A stretch of 64,000 nt of DNA, from assembly GCA_964016885.1 (NCBI GenBank), contig OZ024746.1, positions 90,024,001 to 90,088,000 on the forward strand, in the 5' to 3' direction. This DNA comes from Eledone cirrhosa (taxonomy: Eukaryota). The notes under the pieces are model-generated. The model was given only the letters and a program-made list of their open reading frames with translations. It was not told the DNA's origin and ran no database searches. This document shows positions 52,330 through 64,000 of the stretch, piece by piece. Position 1 is the stretch's first letter; every line of letters starts with the position of its first letter. Both the position numbers and the translations under genes were made by a program.

Positions 52330-55100
52330 ATCAATTACTAAACAAAACTAAACAAGCACAACCTGAAAACCCACCGAGCACGTATGAACAATGGTGTAGC
52401 ACATTCACCGAGAAAATTTCGAATCAAATAAATAACTTCCAAGCCAGATATTTTCGGCCGAAATCACGCTACTCTATCTAAGCATACCAACATTCTAACA
52501 CCAATTCTAAGAGTACAACGACACGAATTGAGAAGAAATCAATAATGAGCCTGTGACACTTTCTATGAAGAGCTCCTTCATCTGAGGAATGTCGACACAA
52601 CCAGAGCGGTATCAAATATGAAGAATATCATGGAGTCAAATATTATATGGCTACAGGAATATGAAAAAATGGAAATATTGAAATGAATAAATAAAAGTCA
52701 GAAACCTAGCCCAGTAGAAGTCCTCGAAACATCAAGTTCTCACAACAGTCATTGATCAATGAAACCCAAGCTCCCGTTCCTATGCAGTTATAGTGAAACA
52801 ATATTCAACCCCCATCAACTACTCAGTTGCAACTGTCAGAAGCAAAATGAAAGACCTTTGTGGACTGAACGAAAGAACACTTTGTAAACTAGCAAATAAG
52901 ATTCTCCCGACCGCGAAATTATGAACACGAAATATGTGCAAACTGATGGCTAAAATATTTAAACCAATTTCTAGGCAGGGCCGCTCCCACCAAAATAGAA
53001 AGGAACCAAAATACTCATTCAGTGGAACTAGATGTCAAAGCCCCAATATAACTGAAAGCAGTGCATATGTCCAACAACATATTTTCACGACAAAAACTAT
53101 TTTTTTATAATATGGACTAAAATTTACACGGACCTCGAAACAAAGCGAAGCCGTCTTAATAAAAGAAAGAGAAATGTTTTCGAAATTACGTTTAAGTGAA
53201 TTCTTTAAAAATGCAGAATACGAGGTTGCATCACTAACCAGAAACAAAAAGTGTTTCAAACCTCGGATGAATAGTGACAAACACGTATAATAATACATAA
53301 CATTCATACGACGATCAGAACAATATCATATTTAAGAAAGGAACTATAAATCTAACGTAACCACAGACGAGCTGCTAGTATTTAACAACTTACAGAAATG
53401 CTTCTCAATAATTATAAATGAATCTGACAAAGGAGGAGTGATCATAGCTATGGAAAAAAAAATCACCAAAAATATATGGTTCGAAAACAGTTAATTTACG
53501 AACAATAAACAAAAGTAAAGATGCAAAGGCAATGATGCAAGTAGTTAAATTACAAACTATCAGAATAACCTAATACAAAATAGAGACAATTAGCTCAATC
53601 AACTGAAGCTCAACCAACTGGGGTTCAACCATAAAACAAGACAAATCCCAAACAATATAAATGGTAAACAGGCAACATACGGATTTAACATGACACCTAA
53701 CCGGCTAAGCAACCTATTATATAGGATACAAAAACATCTAAGTAAAAGGAGACAAGCTTCATCAGAGATGATACAGACTTTTAAAACTATATCGCCCCCA
53801 AATGAAACAGGCAATGTGTATAGTTAATTTTGATGTAACACGTTCATGCATTAATATCCCACACAATTTAGGAATTGCAGTTATAGATTTCTGGATGGTA
53901 AAACACCTAGATTAGATCAGAGGGAGATTGCCAAAAAACTTTATTCTGGAAGGACTAAAGATAGTATTGGAGAATATCTACTTATTCTTTGACAACAGTA
54001 ATTAATTACAAATAAGAAAGAACGGCCATGGACATACACGTATACTGGTGATGGGCCTCCTAGAGGATAAGATATATCCCCAACTAGAGGAAAAGTTTAA
54101 CTAAGAGTTTTCCAACTATATAAAGAACAACCTGAAACATTGTCTAGATACCTGATTCATTTATTGGAATAGTATCCATAAATCCTCCCAAACAGTCTAC
54201 AGGAAATAAGCAGACTGCAGGAGACAATATAATCACATTTGAATAGATTTCAATGGTACTATTATTTTTGGACATCTTACTTATTAAGGCAGAAGAGGAT
54301 ATTAAACAGACCTATTCTGCAAACCAACACTACTACTTAGATATACGACTACGGTACGCCTCACACACATAAAGGAACATTCTCTTCAATATGGCAGTGT
54401 CCATTTGCACCATGGTGAGAACTTAGGCATTACAGGGTGGATAAATCATTTTTGAAAATAATGTGATGTAAATTAACGCATGTATGAATTGCGAATCTAA
54501 AAACGTATTTATATGTGCTACTTTCAAACAATGTGAAGAGCACTCTGCTGGCAAAACGAGGGAACAGATGTATATGACAGCGCAAGTGTCCATAAACAAA
54601 ACATAGAGACTCTCCGCCAGTAGGAATCCAAGCGGCAAACATATTGCAATTTGCGGAAAGAGACAATATATACATTTTCCCTTTCTTTAAGTTGTGGTCG
54701 GAGAAGGAATATTTCCGGAAATACAGAGAATTTTCATAAAACATATAGACTAAAATTGAACACAAAATATGAAATCTAATCTCCCGCAAACCTCAAACTC
54801 TCACGTATGTGAAAATAGACATGTTATATATTGTCAAAGCTCTTTTGCCATCTAATCTCTCACCTCCTCAGAGACTAGGTTTTTATTTTGTGTCTCTCCT
54901 TTGTTCTGTCCTACACCATCTTATTTTGTGTGTTGTGTCACAAAATAAGAGAGCCAGAAATAAAAACCTAGACACTGAGGAGGTCACATAATGTGTGACA
55001 AAAGAACATGACAATATATAAACAACCTTCCGGTTATATTTAACAACAAGCAAACCTAAATATTGTAATAAATTGAACTGAAAACCAACGGTGCGTGTGT
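52330..55100 (+). mobile_element. Degenerate Penelope-like retroelement, second family (RT + GIY-YIG)
   Basis: Broken frames: SDKGGVIIAME, NFDVTRSCINIPHNLGI, FILEGLKIVLEN..FFDN, LQI..TAM, FLDIL, SVHKQNI, HIAICG, IFPFFKL, FIKTYRLKLN. Confidence 0.8.
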
Positions 55101-55187
55101 TTTCATGTGAATCTGGACCCACCCAATGTTAACAATATCTGTTTCAACGCACGTATTCAGAAAAGAAGATTCAGAAAACAAATTCAA

Positions 55188-55220
<33 letters not shown>

Positions 55221-55225
<5 letters not shown>

Positions 55226-55385
55226 AAGGAGATGTGGTAAGGAACCAGATAGACCATAATGCACCAGAGTACTCAATACTTAGGGTAGAAATAGTACGGA
55301 ACTAGTCCAAAATTGTCCAAATAGTGTAGAACAGTCCAGAAATAGCCGTCGAAACGGCTCGGCTGTCGGGGTCATACATGTTCCT
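55221..55385 (+). mobile_element. Short (TA)n-embedded repeat family B
   Basis: Match to 52005-52158, including GCCGTCGAAACGGC. Confidence 0.8.
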
Positions 55386-55973
55386 ATATATATATATATA
55401 AATAAAAATAAAAACAAATACATTATCGAGAATAACGGCCCACGAAATAACGAAACACTATCTTCGAAATGTGTGGCAAAGTGCTCAATAATTTGGATAA
55501 ACCAGAGCTATAACTAACGTTTAATACCAACACACTGAGACGATGCTTAAACAATCATTCGCACAGCCGAAAACACGACCACGAAAATTCGGGTCATACA
55601 AATAAAAATATATATGAATGAAACATTTTACCGACCCCTGGAAAGATGGTAAATTCCAGAATTTGGGTTTCTGCGACTCCTAAATCAGTTACCGTCAGCT
55701 TACATCAAAAATATCCGGCTTCTAGTAAGATGATGTACAAGGAAACCACTTTTTCAACAGGCGTTTAGTTCAAAAATACAAGGGAACCCGTTACTAAATC
55801 CACGTGGGGACTATATATATATATTAAAATAACAGCTTAAAGTTTAATGTTTGATATATATTTCCCCTTATCGAGCATCTTTGGATTATCGTCTTCAAAT
55901 TAAATTATTATTACTATATTTTTATATGAGCCGCCAGTGTCCGCGCATTGCCTGGAGACTTAACTGAGAATAG

Positions 55974-56055
55974 ACTTCCTGATGACGCAATGAATTCTCG
56001 ACAGTTGGATTACATAACTGTCTTTATCCCATTGCAGAAACTAATTAGTTGGAGT
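55974..56055 (+). ncRNA. Type I hammerhead ribozyme, copy 1
   Basis: Stem I ACTTC/GGAGT; CTGATGA 55979-55985; stem II GCAATG/CATTGC plus GACAGTT/AACTGTC; GAAAC-TAATTA-GTT, predicted cut after 56050. Confidence 0.85.
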
Positions 56056-56533
56056 GAAAATTTAAGTAAGAAAAAAATTTTTTTTAAAAATTTTTTTAAA
56101 AAAATATTTTCTTATTTTACGTCCTTTATATTATTGTTCTGCATTCTCCTGCATTGAACCACCTAGGTACTATGACATAACCTGTGTATTTGCTGGCATG
56201 GGCGTGCATCTGTGCGCTTATGTTAGTTGATATATTAAATTATCTATATTTATCTCCAAATCACTGATTTGTCGAGCAAACTTGTCAAAACCACTTCTAA
56301 AAAAATTTTTTTTTGGGGTGTTAGTAGGCGTCAGTCATCTTACCATCCCATTCCTTCTAACTAGCCTCTGTGTCACGTGATTGATTCTTTAGAATCGGCC
56401 ATTTGACTTGAAGCAGTGAGAATTTCGGTACATAGAATTCAGTCCTCGCAAGCTGTTCGATCTACCGAATTATTATTATTTTTATATGAGCCGCCAGTGT
56501 CCGCGCATTGCCTGGAGACTTAACTGAGAATAG

Positions 56534-56615
56534 ACTTCCTGATGACGCAATGAATTCTCGACAGTTGGATTACATAACTGTCTTTATCCCATTGCAGAAA
56601 CTAATTAGTTGGAGT
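56534..56615 (+). ncRNA. Type I hammerhead ribozyme, copy 2
   Basis: Identical to copy 1; predicted cut after 56610. Confidence 0.85.
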
Positions 56616-56916
56616 GAAAATTTAAGTAAGAAAAAAATTTTTTTTAAAAATTTTTTTAAAAAAATATTTTCTTATTTTACGTCCTTTATATTATTGTTCT
56701 GCATTCTCCTGCATTGAACCACCTAGGTACTATGACATAACCTGTGTATTTGCTGGCATGGGCGTGCATCTGTGCGCTTATGTTAGTTGATATATTAAAT
56801 TATCTATATATATATATATATATATATATACATAATATATATATAAATACATATATATATATATATACATATATATACACACACATATATATATATATAC
56901 ATATATATACACACAC

Positions 56917-56986
<70 letters not shown>

Positions 56987-57119
56987 GTGTGTATATGTGT
57001 GTGCGTGTCTGTGTTTAATTCCCCTATCGGATGTTCATTACAGTCACTTCTTATTTGTAATTAAGCCACTATTCACCTCCCCTCCCATCTTGTTACTGTA
57101 TTTTAACAATAATATATAA

Positions 57120-57525
57120 ATGCTCTCATCTCTTAACTTTTTCAAATTACATTTGAAAAGGAAAATCAAGGTAGAGAGGGAAGTGCTCTCTTCCCAGCAT
57201 TTTGTTGAAAGATGGGTGAGAGAGGCAATAATGTCCCGAGTGAATGGGCCTACTCTGAGTATGTGTCTGTAAATTAAAGGTGGAACACTGGGAGGGGGCA
57301 CTTACCCTGGTGGTCAGGGTCACTGTGGCTTTTTAATGGGCTTTCTCCACGAACGTCCCTTCGAAGTCTCCCCTCTATTGGGGAATTTTTTCATTGTTCT
57401 ATTATTACATCCTCTGTTTCTTGTTTTTTTTTACACGCAGAAATGCCCGTTTGTACCGTCCTGTATTGTCCTGTACTGTCCTTAATATCTACTTTGTGTA
57501 AACCATTGTGGTTAATAAAGAAAGA

Positions 57526-57558
<33 letters not shown>
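57120..57558 (+). mobile_element. 5'-truncated Tx1 LINE 3' end with (ATT)n tail, same family as 16298-21681
   Basis: FFKLHLKRKIKVEREVLSSQHFVERWV..NGPTLS, matching 3' UTR, AATAAA and (ATT)n. Confidence 0.92.
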
Positions 57559-57559
<1 letters not shown>

Positions 57560-58087
57560 TTTGAGTCTCAGTCATTGATGTTAGTTAACTGGAAAGTTTG
57601 TTGAGATGAATATCAAGCCACTACCTGCAGCCTCAGATATTCAGAACGTTCTTGCTGTTCCCAGCAAGCATGCCTTTTGAAGCGTTCCAAAAAGCGTGTA
57701 GGGGCCAATTTTCTTTAACCATCCCTGGAAACGTTTTGAGATAGTCCCTAGTGCGCCTAGCACTTTGACTTCATGGCAGTTCAAAATCCTTTTTACCTCC
57801 CACTTTAAGTCCTGCTATCGGTTAATTTTCTCCCTCTCCTTCTCTTGCACTCTCGTGTCGAATGGGCAGGCTACATCTACAATCTCTCTCTCTTCACAGA
57901 TCCTGCACAGTGGGCTAGCCTCCTCCTTGTAAATGTGGTGTTTCAACAACTTCGTTTTGAGGGCCTGCTCCTGCGTAGCCATTAACATTCCTTCTGTAGC
58001 CTTTTTAAGGTCTCCTCTTTTCAACGAGTTCCATGTCTGTGGATCTCTAAATTCAGTTTTCTCAAAGAAGGTACTATGAAGGGATTT
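57559..58087 (-). mobile_element. R4/Dong-clade 3' fragment, internally deleted, flanked by (TAT)n on both sides
   Basis: GDLKKATEGMLMATQEQAL..SPLCRICEERE, IVDVACPFDTRVQEKEREKI, GALGTISK, QKACLLGTAR. Confidence 0.85.
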
Positions 58088-58130
58088 TTATTATCATTAT
58101 TAGTTATTATTATTATTATTATTATTATTA

Positions 58131-58345
58131 TTTTTACTTCGTGGCACAAGGCCAGCAATTATCCCAGTATTGCTGCACAGGACCAATCTCTCGGAACTAT
58201 AGACACAGAATAGTGAAATATGGGAGTAGCCCTATATGCAGAATATGCTACAAACATGAAGAAACGGTAGACCCTCGGTGGGATTTGAACTCAGACTGTG
58301 AAGATTAGTTCAGCTATATAACATTCATCTGAGGCAGTAAGAATT
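58131..58345 (-). mobile_element. Diverged SINE family A whose centre is replaced by a plus-strand R4/Dong fragment (58169-58273)
   Basis: SINE 3' end at 58131-58168 and 5' part at 58273-58345; the insert reads IAAQDQSL..NYRHRIVKYGSSPICRICYKHEETVD. Confidence 0.7.
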
Positions 58346-59255
58346 CCTCCAAACCATCACCCCCGTACTAACTTTTCTGGAGAATATATCTCTGTATTCG
58401 TAACAAACGCGTTTGTACAAATTGAAATGTTATTGCTTATGTGTCAACGATATTAGCAAATGTTATTGAATATGTTATTGAACATGCATTGAATAGATAC
58501 TATCAAAATATATTAATGCATTTGGGACTTTATTGCAATATTGGAATTTCAGATTTGCTCGGGAAAATATAATAGTTCAATGTGAACCTTATTAAACAAG
58601 CAAACATGTTACATAATGTAGAATAACAATTTTGAAAATCGAACTAAACCAGAGAACATCACTCTGGGTATTATATTTATTATTATGTATTACTTCATGA
58701 ACATCATTCTGTTGCAGTAGAGATTTCTAGAAAATGTTTCTATAATCTATATTTTATTATTTAGAATACCACGTTCCCTACATGCATTATCCATGAATTG
58801 ATTTCATATTAGTTATTGGGTCGCTCAGATCGAAATAATTCAGTTCTACCTTGAGATTGTATAAGAACAACTGAATAAAAATTCAATGAATATAGCTGAC
58901 ATTTGAAATAGAATATTTGTAATATAAAGTTCTGCGTAAGTTTCTGGTAAATGTATGTATTCCTTGTAAATTGAAGCAAAAATTGATAAGTTCGTTTCTT
59001 AGATGTTCGATCCTATCCTGCTCAGAATTTATGTCTACCTTCGAAATGAATTAAAGAAAGATTAAATTTACCACTGAAAGATAAGTATTATTTTACATGT
59101 TATAATCCTTGGTATCAATAATATTAATAAATGGAAAATATCTTTACAAAAGCATATTATTTTATTATACATATTTCAAGGGTACCAATATTTTCGTATG
59201 CTTTCGTCGGATAAAATACAATATTTGGTTTAAAGATATAGCATATTCTCATATG

Positions 59256-59302
<47 letters not shown>

Positions 59303-59303
59303 G

Positions 59304-60752
<1,449 letters not shown>

Positions 60753-61494
60753 GACACTACTATCATACTATCAGTTATAAGTTATATAAGACCCACTTTT
60801 ACGTTTTTACTTATGTTTTCTTGACTGATACACATAGCTGCTGCTGAGGGCAAACCTGGAGTCGAAATAGAGTGGAAGTATTTTATATAATTACATAATG
60901 TTACATAAGTAACAGGGAATACATATATTTGGCGTATTTACACATGCATTTACTATAATCACATCAGTTCTTATGATCAATTGCACAGTCCAGTCCTTTT
61001 TTTCTCTGTATTTTATGCGTATAGATATAATTTAAAATATATGTATTTATCTACAAAGTAAACCTTTAATAATATGTAAATTAGTAATCACATTTCAAGT
61101 CAGTACTATATGTTATATTGTATACACGGTCTCAGTTACATATTTCCTTGTAACAGTATAGATGATATGATATTCTGAGTACACCAATGCAGGTCGGAAA
61201 ATCCATTTCACGTGTACATCATTTCGTGTCAAATCTACAAGAAAATACATATACTTCGCATGAATATATTTGAAACCTGTAAATTTGTATATAATTGTGC
61301 GGATCCTCTGTTCCCTTATTTTCCATATTGATAAATGAATGATTAACATAGACACAGACACACACACACCGGCGCGTGCACGCACACATTCACACACATA
61401 TATATATGTTTATAGTTATTATATATAGATATATATATGTGTGTGTGGGGGGGGGTATGTGTGTGTATGTGTGTGTATGTGTGTGTGTGGGCGT

Positions 61495-61627
61495 GAAGGC
61501 GTGCTGCTAATTCATTAGAGAAACTGGATTCGCAATCGTGTGGTTGTCAATTCGAATCCTGGACCGGGCGATGCATTATGTCCTTGAGCAAGACACTTGA
61601 TTTCACGTCGCTTCGTCCACCTGGTGT
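61495..61627 (+). mobile_element. tRNA-derived SINE of a second family (CORE-like)
   Basis: tRNA-like head with TTCGAATCC B-box followed by TGTCCTTGAGCAAGACACTT. Confidence 0.7.
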
Positions 61628-63231
61628 TGCGATCGATATATTCATATATTTTGTTTTGAGAGAGAGAGAGACAGAGAGGGAGAGAGATAAGGGTGTGTGT
61701 ATGTATATCGTACTTATATGAACTTATATGCATGTATGGAAAGGCGTTTAGGGAATTTGGTCTAACATAGGTTGCAATCAGGTTAGGAGCGCATTGTAGG
61801 TGCAAACGATATTTCAGTCTCTACTTTATATCGACTGACGTTCTCAATATACCAGTTATATACGTCTTTATTAATAAGGAGACCAAAACTATGTAATTCG
61901 ATTTCTTTGTATTATAAACTCTCATATATCCCACGCAATCTCTTACACGCAATTGCAAAGATATTCTAAGATAAATATATTTGAAATCAGGAATTCTGAA
62001 ACTGGCTAAATTAACAAAACAAATACTTGTATATTTACTGGATTTGAAACATAGCTTCTGAATGTGTGTGCATTCCGAATTTTAGGATCAATTTAATCTC
62101 CATAGAAAGCAAGTTTTTATTTGAAAACTGATTTATGTTTGAACAGAATAAATATATGGTGACGCTTTATTTTTTTTTCTGTCCGTGTTATTTTCTATAC
62201 TGTTAAGATGTTTGTCAGGCGGGAGAAAATGAAACAAACATAATATGCACCAACATCAAAAGATAATTTATCTTTGTAAATTACTTTTCAAATGATTTAG
62301 GCGTTTTTTCTGTAATATATTACGTCCATAATAAGCACTTTCACTAAGGCATTAAGATATAAATGGCGTTCTCAAAAAGTTAATTTCATTTATTCTTACA
62401 TTTTATATTTATATGTTTTCTACGTTTCTAAATGCTTTCAAAGTATATTAGCTCTCAGTTGTAAGAAACTTTATCCATTAATATATATATATCGCACTAT
62501 TTAAAGAAGAGCGTTAGTATTTCAAATAATATTACTTCCAAACATTATTGCATCTCCGAAAATAATGGTGGCGTCATTTCCTTCGAAAGTATGTGATACT
62601 CGAAAAGAAATTGCATTAAGGTAAATATCATTACGAGTAACATATTATATGTTGTGATGATTTGCATTTCATAACTATATTATATTTACCTTTGCTTTAT
62701 TCTGAATAGAACATGGCTTCTATGAGTTTAAACAAATGGATTACATGTATGGTTATTTTCATAGCATTCGCATGAAAAATTAATAATATTTATGAGGAAG
62801 ACGCTTATGAAATTTATTCGAATCACGGAACGAGGTTTTTGAAATAGGTATTTGTTTCACACATATATTCATATGCGACTCCTTTATATATTCTATGTGC
62901 TATATTAGGACCCAATATATATTTTATTTTTCAAGTATGTTTTGTTCAATTCCAGTAATCATCCATTTAATTACTTTTGCAGAATATTCATTGTTCTGTT
63001 TAGGTGAAATGTGATTAAGTAAGTGATGTTTAATGTATTTTGAACATGAGAAATACTTGAATGTAAGTAAAACTATTCAAGTCGACAACCCTATCTCCGC
63101 AAAGAATATCGAAATTCCTAAGCACACTGATCTCATGTGAATATGGAATATAATTATTTTGGCGTGTAAATAATAATAGCTGTGGCGCCAACTCCAGTGT
63201 GTGGTGTGTTTCGTACAAAATTAAATGTGTA

Positions 63232-63233
63232 TG

Positions 63234-63308
<75 letters not shown>
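63232..63308. repeat. (TA)n microsatellite
   Basis: Direct reading. Confidence 0.95.
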
Positions 63309-63310
<2 letters not shown>

Positions 63311-64000
63311 GTGTGTTTGAATGTATGAACGTTTGGTGAACGTATGTGTGATTTTTATGTGCGCTCTTTGTATGCATGCCTGCATGTGTGAAGATCACAC
63401 ACACACCGAACTATAATTGAAGACCAGCAAGATGAACTATAAAGATATGTATAAGAGAATTAAATATTTCATTATACATCTGCGCATTAGATTCCGGCGA
63501 TAGTGCTAATTCCAAGAATATTAAAATCTGTACAGTTTTTTTTCTTCTGTCTAGTGAGTGGAGATGTGCAAAATTATATTCCTGTGCCAAGCAGCAGCGT
63601 TTAAGTGCGAAGTAAATACTGAATAGACACTGAATAAAACCTGGGATATGTTTGAAGATGTTTCAAATTCCCATCCATTGAAATATTAATATATTTTGCT
63701 TAGTTTAAATGAAATATCTGTTAAGTTCCATACAAATACTGCACCTAATATTAGTTTTAATAAATCAAAAGATCTGTACCCAGGTTTACGATATATCACA
63801 AATAAAGTCCGAAGCGATAATGATACTGTCCAAAAAGCTTCATTATATATTAGATGAAATATATAACAATTTATTTTCTGCTGAAGTCATTGATTTACGT
63901 TGTAATTCAGCCTAAAACGACTAGTGTCGATATTAAGAACGTCTGTGATGCAGCGGTCAGAATAAAATATTTCAGAAACCTTGTCTTCTCGTGTGAGTTA

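Larger units (their letters stand above)
55917..56809 (+). mobile_element. Retrozyme-like / non-autonomous PLE unit: two identical 333-bp direct repeats (55917-56249, 56477-56809) around a 227-bp spacer
   Basis: Repeats identical by eye, period 560; each contains an HHR; ends in (TA)n; no credible ORF. Confidence 0.8.

Noticed and set aside
55948-56717. Duplicated 69-aa ORF
   Set aside because: Starts at TTG, crosses the ribozyme and A/T homopolymers; incidental.
60838-60880. HHR-like CTGCTGA..GTCGAAAT
   Set aside because: Core mutated, no stem I and no UH cleavage site; too weak.

Overview
AT-rich, microsatellite-dense eukaryotic DNA with no host protein-coding exon I can support. The SINE/LINE repertoire and repeat style suggest an octopod cephalopod (inference). 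The window is a transposon graveyard. It holds a near full-length Tx1-clade LINE (intact ORF1, disabled ORF2) inside an (AAT)n/(AAG)n tract, three degenerate Penelope-like elements (PLEs), RTE and R4/Dong fragments, a decayed Tc1/mariner with TIRs, a Helitron 3' end, a probable hAT relic and about 13 copies of one tRNA-derived SINE, all but one on the minus strand. The most striking layer is invisible in the ORF track: a dispersed set of type I hammerhead ribozyme (HHR) motifs, mostly in short elements embedded in (TA)n. These include (i) a retrozyme-like unit with two identical 333-bp HHR-bearing direct repeats predicted to release a 560-nt RNA (55917-56809) and (ii) a near-perfect 416-bp palindrome made of two back-to-back long-stem-II HHRs, nested in a second HHR-bearing inverted repeat (36820-38765). 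PLE-linked HHRs and animal retrozymes are known classes; novelty of these particular architectures needs database checks. All alignments and folds were done by eye.
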